Source of the DNA: Terriglobia bacterium
GTDB taxonomy: Bacteria; Acidobacteriota; Terriglobia; 20CM-2-55-15
Length of the DNA: 64,000 nt
NCBI GenBank assembly: GCA_036496425.1
Contig: DASXLG010000068.1
Span: 350 to 64,349, forward strand
Direction: 5' to 3'
The notes under the pieces were generated by a model. The model saw only the letters and a program-made list of their open reading frames with translations, was not told where the DNA came from and made no database searches. Positions 1-10,586 of the stretch are shown here, piece by piece (the first letter of the stretch is position 1; every line of letters starts with the position of its first letter). The position numbers were made by a program, and so were the translations under genes.

Positions 1-1657
<1,657 letters not shown>

Positions 1658-1668
1658 GGTTTACAAAT

Positions 1669-1998
1669 TTACACCGAGAACGAACTGCCGCAGCCGCATG
1701 AACCCGTGGAATTCGGGTTATTGAACTTGAAGCCGGCGCCATGTAGCCCTTCGACATAATCGACTTCGGCGCCTTCCATGTAAAGAAGACTCTGCTTGTC
1801 CACAAACACTTTCAAACCCTCGAATTCAAACACCGCATCGCTCTGATCGTTGAAATTCTTATCGAAGCCCATGCGGTACTGAAAGCCGGAACAACCGCCG
1901 CCGACGACCTGAATGCGCAGGCCGGCATAGGGCTCGGGCTGTTCGGACATGATCTCTCTTACTTTCTCTTCCGCTTTCTTGGTTAATAGGACTGGCAT
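1669..1998 (-). CDS. IscA/ErpA (HesB) family Fe-S cluster insertion protein
   Basis: 109 aa. GLRIQVVGGGCSGFQY and the C-terminal NPNSTGSCGCGSSF form the cysteine signature of A-type carriers. Confidence 0.85.
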   Translation of the reverse strand: MPVLLTKKAEEKVREIMSEQPEPYAGLRIQVVGGGCSGFQYRMGFDKNFNDQSDAVFEFEGLKVFVDKQSLLYMEGAEVDYVEGLHGAGFKFNNPNSTGSCGCGSSFSV

Positions 1999-2057
1999 GT
2001 TGTTCTTCTCCTAATATCTACGTACAAATTATACCCTTGAAGTATAGGGGGTTAACG

Positions 2058-2576
2058 GTGAAAATCAAATTCGTGTGGCTCATCGTTTCCCTCTTTGCCG
2101 TCAGCATGATTGTCCTCATATTGATTTACGCCGTCCGGCGGCAATCGAATATGACGCCTTCCTACTCCAAACAAGCCCGAGATGAGGACGCCCGCGTCTT
2201 CGCAGAGTCCACCAAGGTTATGGAAGCTACGGTAGCCGAGGCGCTCGCCGCCAAAGCCCGGGATCCGCGCCTCGCGGAGATGTCTCAGGAAGACCTCGTC
2301 TATGAAGTGTTAAAGGAATGTTTCGATCCGGAGATTCCTTTGAATGTCGTGGACCTCGGATTGATTTATGAAGTCAAGGCCGGCACCGACGCCGTCGATG
2401 TCAAGATGTCGGTAACGTCGCCGGCCTGTCCCTCCGGCGCCACGATCGCGGAAGACATTCGCTCGAAACTGAGCAATGCGGGATTCCCGAATCCAAATGT
2501 TCAGATTGTGATGGAACCGGCGTGGTCGCCGCAGCGGATTTCGGAAGCGGGCCGCAAAACCCTGGGGATCAATTAG
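2058..2576 (+). CDS. DUF59 (SufT/MIP18-like) Fe-S assembly protein with N-terminal membrane anchor
   Basis: DUF59 core: DLVYEVLKECFDPEIPLNVVDLGLIYEV..VDVKMSVTSPACPSG. Hydrophobic N-terminus: VWLIVSLFAVSMIVLILIY. I moved the start from the ORF-track TTG at 2037 to GTG at 2058, which follows AGGGGG (2046-2051). Confidence 0.7.
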   Translation: MKIKFVWLIVSLFAVSMIVLILIYAVRRQSNMTPSYSKQARDEDARVFAESTKVMEATVAEALAAKARDPRLAEMSQEDLVYEVLKECFDPEIPLNVVDLGLIYEVKAGTDAVDVKMSVTSPACPSGATIAEDIRSKLSNAGFPNPNVQIVMEPAWSPQRISEAGRKTLGIN

Positions 2577-2623
2577 CCACAAACTTTAGGCTGCGCGCTA
2601 CCGCGCTTGCGCTTCGCGAAACA

Positions 2624-2660
2624 AAAAGGCACAAAAGAGAAGGTCTCTTTTGTGCCTTTT
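2624..2660. terminator. bidirectional hairpin terminator between convergent genes
   Basis: AAAAGGCACAAAAGAGA-agg-TCTCTTTTGTGCCTTTT is a perfect 17-bp stem with an A-tract on one side and a T-tract on the other. It is embedded in a larger imperfect palindrome, AATTAGCCACAAA (2570) ... TTTGTGGCTAATT (2680). Confidence 0.7.
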
Positions 2661-2680
2661 GTGCTTTTTGTGGCTAATTA

Positions 2681-4801
2681 CTATCTGCCGCGGTGAGCCA
2701 ACTCGATCTTGACCAACTCTGACTTCTCGCTATCGCCGAGGTTCTTACCGAAGGTGAGTTCGTCAACCATCTGCTTCACCTTCTGAGCCTCGCGCGCTTG
2801 CTGCCGGGCCATCTTCTCTTCTTCCGCGGCAGTTTCCGGCGCCTCCCCATGCTCACGGACGCGAGCCACATCTACCTGGTTCAAAACGAGGTTGTGATCG
2901 AAATTCTCCAACGGAACTTCATGGCCGCCGGCATAAACGCCGTGCTTGCCGTACTTCTTGTTCCACTCGGCAACGCTGGCGGTCTTGTACATGTTCTCGA
3001 TGATCTTGCGCCAGCCGATTCCGGTGTTGTACGCGCAGAAGGAAATCTCGCCGAGTTGCGTCGCGTACGGAATGATGCACATCTCGGTGCGGCGGAAGTC
3101 ATAGTTGAACAGATCCTGGAACCACATTCCTGCGACGAACAGGAAGTTCCAGGGATCATTGCGGCGTTTCTGGATGTCTTCCATCGTGCGATCGCCGGAC
3201 ACCTTGCCGTAACTCTTGCCGGACAAACCGAAGGACTTGTCGAACTTCCTCATGATGTCCGAGAGCGTCAGGCTCGGCGGTCCGCCGAACGGGTTGTAGT
3301 TCTTCAGAAGCGCCAGCGCCATCATGGCGTTCGAGAACCACTTGCTGCGGCCGGAATCCGTGATCTTCTGCATGTCGGAAACGAGGCCGGGAATGTTCAG
3401 GAACTGAGGAACCGGAGCGAACTCCTTGGTTTCCTTGTTGATCATCATCGCCGTGCCGACGCCGCAGTTGGGATGGCAGCCGCAGCTGACCTGGCCCCAG
3501 TCCGCGCCGGGTCCATGGACGAGGTCCGCGAAGTCCGCGAACGCGCCCATCATCGAAAGCGGGAACCAGTCGCGCGTCGGTTCGGTCACTCCGACCTGTG
3601 TCTTCACGTCGTTCGCGAGGTGCGAAAGTGTGTAGCGCTGGCGCAGACGGCGTTCCGGAGTAATGTCTTCGTCGCGGCCGGTAAATGAAACCGGCTGGAA
3701 GGCAATGAACGCGATCTTCTTCGGGTTGTCCATCGCGAAACGGATGATCGATCCGACCTGATCGTTGTTGACGCCGTTAACCAGCGTCACAACCAGGATG
3801 ATTTCGACGCCGGCTTCGTGCAGATTGTTGATCGCGCGGAGCTTCACATCGAAGAGATTGCCGATCTGGCGATGGCTGTTGGCATCGTTTCCGATACCGT
3901 CGAACTGCAGGTAGGCATAGCGCAGGCCGGCTTCGGCGGCCTGCTTCGCAAATTCCTTGCTCTTGGCGAACTCGATACCGTTCGTCGCCGCCTGGACGCT
4001 GGAATATCCGATCTTGCGGGCATACGCCACCGCATCCAGGAAGTAGGGCGACATGGTTGGCTCGCCGCCGGAGAACTGAATGGACATCTGACGCCGCGGT
4101 TTGATCTGGATGGCGTTGTTCATGATTTCCATGATTTCTTCCCAGGTCAGTTCATGAACGTAGCCCACCTGGTTGGCGTCCATGAAGCAGGGGTCGCACA
4201 TCATGTTGCAGCGGTTCGTCAGATCAACGGTCAATACGGAGCCACGGCCATGTTTGATGGTGCTGCTGCCGTGATTGTGGAGGTCCTTGTCGTTGTGTGC
4301 CGGAATGTCCCGGCCGGGGAAGTTCTGTTCGATCCACTCGAGGAACTTGACGTCGATGGCCATCAGGTCTTCGGTCTTCCCGTGTTGCGGGCATTCCTTG
4401 ACCATCCAGACCTGACCGTCGCGCTCGATGATCGAGGCTTTGACTTCTCCTACCTTCTCATGAAGGAGCTTCGTCCAGTCCGCCTTGCCGTTCGTGATCG
4501 CTTCACGCGCTTCTTTCACGCATTCCGGACAGAGCGAGTCGGTCTGGCGAGGCCAGCCGAGAACCGGCTTGGTCTTCTGCCACGACTTCAGCAACGGCTT
4601 TTCCGTCCACTTCGGCGTGAAAGCCGGATTGGGATTGAACCGGTTAAAGTACTGGATGGTATCGAAGGCAACACCGGCGCCGTAACAAACGGCCGCATCC
4701 ACATACTTCATGGCGCGCTTTCCGAGCTTCGCCTTTCCTTGGGTTCGGGCGCTATAGTCGGTTTGCGGAGTTTCACCTACGGTCTGTTCCAAACTAGACA
4801 A
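2681..4801 (-). CDS. radical SAM enzyme, Tes / GDGT-MAS (MJ0619)-like; candidate membrane-spanning (tetraether) lipid synthase
   Basis: 706 aa, with a TTG start at 4801 behind AAGGAGG. CNMMCDPC is the radical SAM CxxxCxxC motif. The N-terminus has a zinc-ribbon-like SLCPEC...KECPQHG, and there is an extra Cys cluster, VSCGCHPNCG. The subfamily assignment rests on my memory of this domain layout. Confidence 0.55.
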   Translation of the reverse strand: MSSLEQTVGETPQTDYSARTQGKAKLGKRAMKYVDAAVCYGAGVAFDTIQYFNRFNPNPAFTPKWTEKPLLKSWQKTKPVLGWPRQTDSLCPECVKEAREAITNGKADWTKLLHEKVGEVKASIIERDGQVWMVKECPQHGKTEDLMAIDVKFLEWIEQNFPGRDIPAHNDKDLHNHGSSTIKHGRGSVLTVDLTNRCNMMCDPCFMDANQVGYVHELTWEEIMEIMNNAIQIKPRRQMSIQFSGGEPTMSPYFLDAVAYARKIGYSSVQAATNGIEFAKSKEFAKQAAEAGLRYAYLQFDGIGNDANSHRQIGNLFDVKLRAINNLHEAGVEIILVVTLVNGVNNDQVGSIIRFAMDNPKKIAFIAFQPVSFTGRDEDITPERRLRQRYTLSHLANDVKTQVGVTEPTRDWFPLSMMGAFADFADLVHGPGADWGQVSCGCHPNCGVGTAMMINKETKEFAPVPQFLNIPGLVSDMQKITDSGRSKWFSNAMMALALLKNYNPFGGPPSLTLSDIMRKFDKSFGLSGKSYGKVSGDRTMEDIQKRRNDPWNFLFVAGMWFQDLFNYDFRRTEMCIIPYATQLGEISFCAYNTGIGWRKIIENMYKTASVAEWNKKYGKHGVYAGGHEVPLENFDHNLVLNQVDVARVREHGEAPETAAEEEKMARQQAREAQKVKQMVDELTFGKNLGDSEKSELVKIELAHRGR

Positions 4802-4947
4802 GCTACCTCCTTGAATAACAGGTGCAATTACCGGATGAGAACGTCGGGAGGCCGTTGGAGCTGGCCTTTAAAACAAGGGGGTAAGGATAACGCAACAAAT
4901 TTGAAATCTTCAAGACAAATCGGCACAACTGCCAAATTTTGAATGAA

Positions 4948-5304
4948 TTAGCGGGAACGAACGATCTCGATGGAGACGTAGTTGACCCTGGGTTCCACAA
5001 CTGGGGAGATTTTCCGGACCAGAATACGAACCTGCGGAGTCGGGAATCCGTCGAGGATCCCGGCGGCCAGAAGCTCCGCCAGGGTCTCTATAAGGTGGAA
5101 GTGCCGGCTTCCACAAACCTCCATGACTAGAACGGCGACCTTGGAATAATCGAGGGCATCCTTCAAGGAATCCGTTCTGGCCGCTTTGGCCGAATCGACC
5201 CAGATCTCGATATCGATGGAAAGGCGCTGTTCGATCGTGCGTTCTTCAGCGGTGACCCCGATGTTGGCGACGCAATCAATGGCGGAAATCAGAATTTTGT
5301 CCAT
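4948..5304 (-). CDS. folB: dihydroneopterin aldolase
   Basis: MDKILISAIDCVANIGVTAEERTIEQRLSIDIEI...DALDYSKV is the FolB pattern. I placed the start at the internal ATG 5304, 7 nt after the upstream gene's stop, instead of the ORF-track 5349. Confidence 0.75.
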   Translation of the reverse strand: MDKILISAIDCVANIGVTAEERTIEQRLSIDIEIWVDSAKAARTDSLKDALDYSKVAVLVMEVCGSRHFHLIETLAELLAAGILDGFPTPQVRILVRKISPVVEPRVNYVSIEIVRSR

Positions 5305-5311
5305 GGGTCGC

Positions 5312-5719
5312 TCACCTGTCCGTGTCATCCAACGGCTCCCGGCCCCCAAAACCGGTTTCTATATCGTGCCAGTATTCGATCCGCTCTTCGCCCAACTGCC
5401 AGCAGAGATAAACCACCCGTCCCTGACGGACGTAGGGGAAATCGCAGAGCCCCTTCTCAGCATCCTTTAGAATGACACCCATATCCTTGATTTGATGAAT
5501 CAGGAACATCAGGTGGGAAACCGATTCGACGTACTCCACCCCTGCCTTGCTGAAACCATCGAAAGCGGACGCGTCCCGCGCTTTCTGGACTTCCGGATTC
5601 AGTTCCCGGACGTGCCCCCAGGCTTCGCCGATCTCGCCGAGCAGCGTGCGCAGAGTGGGAAGCAGAGCTTCGGCCTCCGCCAGGGTGAATATCCGCTCGT
5701 CACTCAATGTTCCAACCAA
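5312..5719 (-). CDS. DUF2203-family protein
   Basis: GVILKDAEKGLCDFPYVRQGRVVYLCWQLGEERIEYWHDIETGFGGREPL matches the DUF2203 signature as I remember it. The gene overlaps the trxB stop by 16 nt, giving the operon trxB-DUF2203-folB. Confidence 0.6.
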   Translation of the reverse strand: MVGTLSDERIFTLAEAEALLPTLRTLLGEIGEAWGHVRELNPEVQKARDASAFDGFSKAGVEYVESVSHLMFLIHQIKDMGVILKDAEKGLCDFPYVRQGRVVYLCWQLGEERIEYWHDIETGFGGREPLDDTDR

Positions 5720-6621
5720 CGCTCGGCTTCGATCGCCGCCATGCAGCCGCTGCCGGCCGCTGTGATGGCCTGGCGGAAAACGGGATCCTGAACATCGCCG
5801 CAGGCGAAAACGCCGGGGATGTTCGTGCGAGTAGAATCCGGATGGGTTTTGACGTAGCCCTTTTCGTCGAGGTCGACCTGTCCTTTGAAGATGTCGGTGT
5901 TGGGATTGTGGCCGATAGCGACAAACAACCCGTCGATCTTCATTTCGGAAGGCCTCTGGGTTTTGACGTTCTTCAGCCGGAGGCCCGTCACGCCGGTTTC
6001 CCGGGACCCGACGACCTCCTCGACAACCGTATCGACAACGAAATTGACTTTCGGATTGGCTAGGGCGCGATCCTGCATGATTTTGGACGCGCGAAATGTG
6101 TCCCGCCGGTGAATGAGCGAAACCTTGGTGGCGAACTTGGTCAGGAATGTCGCTTCTTCCATCGCGGAATCGCCGCCGCCGACAACCGCGATTTCCTTGC
6201 CGCGGTAAAAGAAACCGTCGCAGGTGGCGCAGGTGGACACACCGTGGCCCATCAATTGAATTTCGGTTTCGATGCCGATCAGTTTTGCGGACGAGCCGGT
6301 CGAGATCACGACCGTCTTCGTTTGAATCTCCTGATCGCCGTAATAGACGCGGAACGGATGTTCTTTCAGTTTCACGCCATGGACATAACTGTTCACGATT
6401 TCCGCGCCGAAGCGCTGCGCCTGCTTGCGCATCTCTTCCATGAGCTGCGGGCCCATGATGCCTTCCGCGAATCCGGGATAGTTCTCGACCAGCGTCGTCA
6501 ACGTGAGCTGACCGCCCGGCTCCTTGCCTTCGATAAGGAGCGGCTGAAGATTGGCGCGAGCCGCATAAATCGCCGCGGTTAGACCCGCCGGGCCCGATCC
6601 GATAATGACCATGTTTCGCAT
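5704..6621 (-). CDS. trxB: thioredoxin-disulfide reductase
   Basis: IIGSGPAGLTAAIYAAR (FAD site), the redox-active CATCDG, and GGGDSAMEEATFL (NADPH site). 305 aa. Confidence 0.95.
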   Translation of the reverse strand: MRNMVIIGSGPAGLTAAIYAARANLQPLLIEGKEPGGQLTLTTLVENYPGFAEGIMGPQLMEEMRKQAQRFGAEIVNSYVHGVKLKEHPFRVYYGDQEIQTKTVVISTGSSAKLIGIETEIQLMGHGVSTCATCDGFFYRGKEIAVVGGGDSAMEEATFLTKFATKVSLIHRRDTFRASKIMQDRALANPKVNFVVDTVVEEVVGSRETGVTGLRLKNVKTQRPSEMKIDGLFVAIGHNPNTDIFKGQVDLDEKGYVKTHPDSTRTNIPGVFACGDVQDPVFRQAITAAGSGCMAAIEAERWLEH

Positions 6622-6721
6622 GTCAGAAACCTCGTTCCAGAAAGAATCCCATAAGTTACCACAGCTGGGATCGGCCGCGGATGGCGCGGATGATGCATAT
6701 GCGTAGTAAGATCTTCGGGAC

Positions 6722-6795
6722 GCGCCCGTAGCTCAGCTGGATAGAGCATCGGACTTCGAATCCGGTGGCCGGGGGTTCGAATCCCTCCGGGCGCG
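6722..6795 (+). tRNA. tRNA-Arg (anticodon TCG)
   Basis: Hand-folded cloverleaf: acceptor GCGCCCG/CGGGCGC, D arm GCTC..GAGC, anticodon arm TCGGA-CTTCGAA-TCCGG, T loop TTCGAAT. No encoded CCA. Confidence 0.9.
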
Positions 6796-6801
6796 CTCAG
6801 A

Positions 6802-7953
6802 TTACAGATTCTTCTCCGCCGTGTTCCTGGCTTCGAATGCCATATATGCGATGAAGACGAATCGCAGAAGCTCGAAGAAGCCCTGCATCGATTGGGGACT
6901 GCTGTTCAGTAGCAGTGTGATAACGCCGAATATGGCGACGTGAATCCCCGCCTTCTTGTATTCCACATTGTACAGAGCTCCCAGGCCTGGAATCAGACCC
7001 AGCCAGAAGGCTTTCCGCGGACTGCGCGGCCGCACGGCGGCCTGAGGCCGCGCGGCAGGCGGCGGCACTTCCGGCGTAATGACTCGAACGCCGCGCCCTG
7101 AATGAAGGTCGCGCCGCAGGCGTTCGAGATCCGCTCGAACTTCCGATGCGTGCTGGTACCGGAACTGGCGCTCCTTTTCCAGAGCTTTGTCGATGCTTCG
7201 ATCGAGATCGAACGGAAGGCTGGGATTCAAGCGCCCTGGCGGAGTCGGGTTCCGGTTGAGGATGGCATCGTAAACAACCGCGGCGCTCGGCCCCGGGAAG
7301 GCTTGAGTTCCGGTTGCCATCTCATAAAGAACAACACCGAAGGAAAAGAGATCGGTACGCTCGTCGACATCCTCGGCCCGGGCCTGTTCCGGCGACATGT
7401 ACGCGACGGTGCCTAAGGTTGTGCCGGGCGACGTGAGGTCTTTGCCCGCGGTTGTCGAGATCTCAAGGCCGGCCGCATTCTGCGGCGCAAGCTTCGCGAG
7501 ACCGAAATCCAGAACTTTGGCCTGCCCCTGCCGCGTCACGAAAACGTTCGCCGGCTTGATATCGCGATGGATGATTCCCTTGGCGTGTGCCGCCTCGAGC
7601 GCTCCTGAAATCTGAACGCCGATGTCGAGGAGTTCTTCGAGCCGAAGCGCCTGACCATGAATCCGTTCCTTCAGTGTCTGTCCATCGAGATACTCCATAA
7701 CGATGAACGGCCGGGCGTTGTACTCACCGATGTCGTAGATCGTGCAGATCTGAGGATGATTCAACGCCGAAGCGGCGCGGGCTTCGATCCGGAATCGCTC
7801 GAGCGCCTGTGAATCCTTCGACCATTCTTCGGGAAGAAACTTGATGGCGACGGCACGGCCGAGCCGGCTGTCTTCCGCTTTATAGACGACGCCCATGCCC
7901 CCGCTGCCGAGCTGCTCGACTATCCGATAGTGCGAGACCGTCTGCCCGATCAT
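6802..7953 (-). CDS. Ser/Thr protein kinase with C-terminal membrane anchor
   Basis: [32 protein letters not shown] and [10 protein letters not shown]. Hydrophobic C-terminus: [14 protein letters not shown]...IFGVITLLL. Confidence 0.9.
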   Translation of the reverse strand: MIGQTVSHYRIVEQLGSGGMGVVYKAEDSRLGRAVAIKFLPEEWSKDSQALERFRIEARAASALNHPQICTIYDIGEYNARPFIVMEYLDGQTLKERIHGQALRLEELLDIGVQISGALEAAHAKGIIHRDIKPANVFVTRQGQAKVLDFGLAKLAPQNAAGLEISTTAGKDLTSPGTTLGTVAYMSPEQARAEDVDERTDLFSFGVVLYEMATGTQAFPGPSAAVVYDAILNRNPTPPGRLNPSLPFDLDRSIDKALEKERQFRYQHASEVRADLERLRRDLHSGRGVRVITPEVPPPAARPQAAVRPRSPRKAFWLGLIPGLGALYNVEYKKAGIHVAIFGVITLLLNSSPQSMQGFFELLRFVFIAYMAFEARNTAEKNL

Positions 7954-7960
7954 TTAGTAA

Positions 7961-8040
7961 GAATGCATCATTGCATCATTGCAAGTTGCTGCATTTCTAA
8001 ATCTGGAATGAAAAAACTTCCAATGATGCAATGTTGCACT
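7961..8040. repeat. conserved intergenic stem-loop element, copy A (ATGATGCAA family)
   Basis: A 13-bp perfect stem pairs CATTGCATCATTG (7969-7981) with CAATGATGCAATG (8021-8033). An inner stem pairs AAGTT (7983-7987) with AACTT (8015-8019). The loop CTGCATTTCTAAATCTGGAATGAAAA is nearly identical to the one in copy B at 30955-31020. Confidence 0.7.
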
Positions 8041-8048
8041 GCACTGTG

Positions 8049-8753
8049 TCACGAGGCGGTTGATTTCCATTCCACTCGAATCACGCCGGGCTGTTGTGCA
8101 AGCGCCGGCAGGAAACCCGGAACTCGGGCATCCGGGAGGCGTGCCCGCCACTCCAGGGCATATTCGAAGCGCTGGACGTCCGGATCGCGGCTGTAGGCAA
8201 CGGAGCTCGATGCCACGATACAGCTCTGCGCCGTCAATCGCGATCGAATCTCTTCTTCCGACGGACCTTCCGCCGCAGTGACGACGACCAGTTCAGCGAT
8301 GTGCTCCCGGATGGAGTGTTCTTCAACCCACTTCAATCCCCACAGCACCGCCAGACCCAGCGCCAACCCGCATAAGCCGAGAAAGAGTTGTCCGCCACCG
8401 AAACAGAGTCCGATGATCGTCACAAACCACAGCGTCGCGGCGGTTGTAATGCCGACCACCATATTGTCCCGCCTCAGAATGGCGCCTGCCCCGATGAAGC
8501 CCATTCCGGACAGGATGCCCAGCGGCAACCGCATCAGATCCAGCACCACGAACGAGGAGGATGATTTGCCCGCTGTGTCCATCAGCAGATTGGCCTGAAT
8601 CATCGAAATGGAGGCCGCAAGGCAGACCAGAAGCGTCGTGCGCAGGCCGGCGGGCCTTCCGCGCGAGCTCCGGTTGATCCCGATCAGTGTTCCGGCGAGG
8701 ACGGTAAGCGCCAGCCGGATTGCGACTTGCGTCCATCCAATCTCGGTGGGCAC
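8049..8753 (-). CDS. MgtC/SapB family membrane protein
   Basis: 234 aa. The N-terminal half has 4-5 TM segments (AIRLALTVLAGTLIGINR...GFIGAGAILRR), typical of MgtC, followed by a soluble C-terminal domain. Confidence 0.75.
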   Translation of the reverse strand: MPTEIGWTQVAIRLALTVLAGTLIGINRSSRGRPAGLRTTLLVCLAASISMIQANLLMDTAGKSSSSFVVLDLMRLPLGILSGMGFIGAGAILRRDNMVVGITTAATLWFVTIIGLCFGGGQLFLGLCGLALGLAVLWGLKWVEEHSIREHIAELVVVTAAEGPSEEEIRSRLTAQSCIVASSSVAYSRDPDVQRFEYALEWRARLPDARVPGFLPALAQQPGVIRVEWKSTAS

Positions 8754-8769
8754 AGCTCGAACCCCTTAA

Positions 8770-8900
8770 AGACATCCGGCACGAAAGGGGCCCAAACGGG
8801 GGACTGGTCACTTTTTAAGGCCCAAACTGTTTCGTTTGGAAACATTTTGACCAACACAAGTGACCTGTCCCCCGTTGGGCCCCTTTCGTGCCGGATGTCT
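8770..8900. repeat. MITE-like element with ~41-bp terminal inverted repeats
   Basis: The left arm AGACATCCGGCACGAAAGGGGCCCAAACGGGGGACTGGTCAC (8770-8811) is the near-perfect reverse complement of the right arm (8860-8900), with 1 mismatch and 1 indel. There is an internal hairpin, CCAAAC-tgtttc-GTTTGG. Confidence 0.7.
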
Positions 8901-10560
8901 ACTTCGCGACGGCCTGCGCGACGCTTCGCCGTTTCAGGTTCAGAAAGACGGGCGCAATTTCAAACGGCATCTTTTCCCGCGCAAACAACGGCGTTGCGGG
9001 TTTCGCCTGAATCAATTCCACATGATCGTCCCAGGGATCGATATGGAGCCGGCTGCCGATCGGCAAGGCTGCGACCTGGTCGATCTTTTTCGTTTCCAAT
9101 TTAGGAGAGCCGGCCATGAGGTCGGCCATGCGGCGCACTTTCCCGCCGCTCGCGATCATGTTGCCCAGGTGGGGTGTCAGGAGATTCGGCAGTTGCGGTC
9201 CACGGTTCTGCAGCGCCCGCAGAAACAAACCGGCGTTGCCGAGTTTGTCTTTGTAAGGCGACGCTTTCATGAATTCGGCGGCTTTGGCGTCCGCAGCTGC
9301 TTCTTCTTTCTCGTCGCGCTTCAACGTCAGCCATTTGAAGGTTTGCGTATCGTCGAACAGCAGCCGGTCGCTGAACGCATATTTCGTGTCGATCTGATGA
9401 CCAAGCGAGATATGCGCGAGTTCATGCGCCAGTATCGACGCAAGGCTGGCTTCATCCGGCAGAACATCGATCAGGCCGCGGCTGACCACGACCGTGTTGC
9501 CGACGGTGAATGACTCGAGGGGCGTCGTTAGAAGGACGCGCGCCCGCACGCCGGGCTCGATATCCAGATTGTTCGTGACTTCAAGATTGTTGAGCACAGT
9601 CTCCATCACCTGATCGACGGGGCCTTCCGGCGCAAGCAATCCCGCGCTCTGGATCCGGTTGAGCGTGTTGTCCTCCGCCTGGCGTTCCCAGGATCTGAGG
9701 TTCTGAACGGGGGCCGGCGTGTCGCCGGCGTCGGCGCTGTCCTGAACCCGATCGGACTCTACGGAAATCTCCGTCAACTCTTGCTGTTGATTGGCACCCG
9801 CCGCGTCATAGCCCCAAAGCCGGGTCTGCCCCTTGAAGCGAAGTTTCCTGGTGTCCATGAGGTACGCAAAATCCGACTCTTCCGTGTAGATGTATGTCGG
9901 CAGCCATAAATCCTGCGCCAGGTTCTCCCGCCAGCTGTCGAAGTGAAAATAGTTATTGGAGCCCGACGACGGCGTGTACGTTCCATTGAAACGGACAATA
10001 TTGAAGTCGCGGTCTTCAATCCAGATCCGGCCGATGAATGCTGTCCGGTGCGCTCCGCGCTTTGGTTTCACATCGAAAACGAAGCAGCGCACCTGGCCGA
10101 GGAATTCTCGACGCACATATGCAAAGTCATAGTTCGCACGATCAAAGTTCTTCTCGTCGATAAAAATCATGCTCGCGAAACCACGCGGCAGATATTCGAT
10201 CTTGAAGGGCGACTCGATCAGCTGTCTGGTCCTCGACATGAAGCCGGGAACCGGCAGCAGCGAATTGTCTTGAACGCCATGCTTCATGTCCAGTTTGGAG
10301 AGAAAGTATTTGTCGCCTGTGGGAACGGCCCCGAGATCACGATCCGGCGCCAGGTTCTGGATGTAGGTTTCAACCATCGGCGTGAACTTCGTCAGCGCCT
10401 TCATCAGCTCCCGCTCGCGCTGAAGAGCCCGGTCCACAACGCGGTCCGCCGTCAAAGCCGGAGAATTCGAGTCCGCCGGAGCCTGGGCCAGTTCGGTGAT
10501 TGCGGTGAAGGCGCACAAAGCGAGCGCGGCCACGAGAATCGTCATGGATCTGAATTTCAT
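8899..10560 (-). CDS. secreted M48-family (HExxH) metallopeptidase
   Basis: ILAHELAHISLGH. With ATG 10560 as start there is a signal peptide, MKFRSMTILVAALALCAFTAITELAQA. The ORF track begins at 10590. Confidence 0.75.
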   Translation of the reverse strand: MKFRSMTILVAALALCAFTAITELAQAPADSNSPALTADRVVDRALQRERELMKALTKFTPMVETYIQNLAPDRDLGAVPTGDKYFLSKLDMKHGVQDNSLLPVPGFMSRTRQLIESPFKIEYLPRGFASMIFIDEKNFDRANYDFAYVRREFLGQVRCFVFDVKPKRGAHRTAFIGRIWIEDRDFNIVRFNGTYTPSSGSNNYFHFDSWRENLAQDLWLPTYIYTEESDFAYLMDTRKLRFKGQTRLWGYDAAGANQQQELTEISVESDRVQDSADAGDTPAPVQNLRSWERQAEDNTLNRIQSAGLLAPEGPVDQVMETVLNNLEVTNNLDIEPGVRARVLLTTPLESFTVGNTVVVSRGLIDVLPDEASLASILAHELAHISLGHQIDTKYAFSDRLLFDDTQTFKWLTLKRDEKEEAAADAKAAEFMKASPYKDKLGNAGLFLRALQNRGPQLPNLLTPHLGNMIASGGKVRRMADLMAGSPKLETKKIDQVAALPIGSRLHIDPWDDHVELIQAKPATPLFAREKMPFEIAPVFLNLKRRSVAQAVAK

Positions 10561-10586
10561 GTAAGGCCTCTTAAAAACACAGCTGC

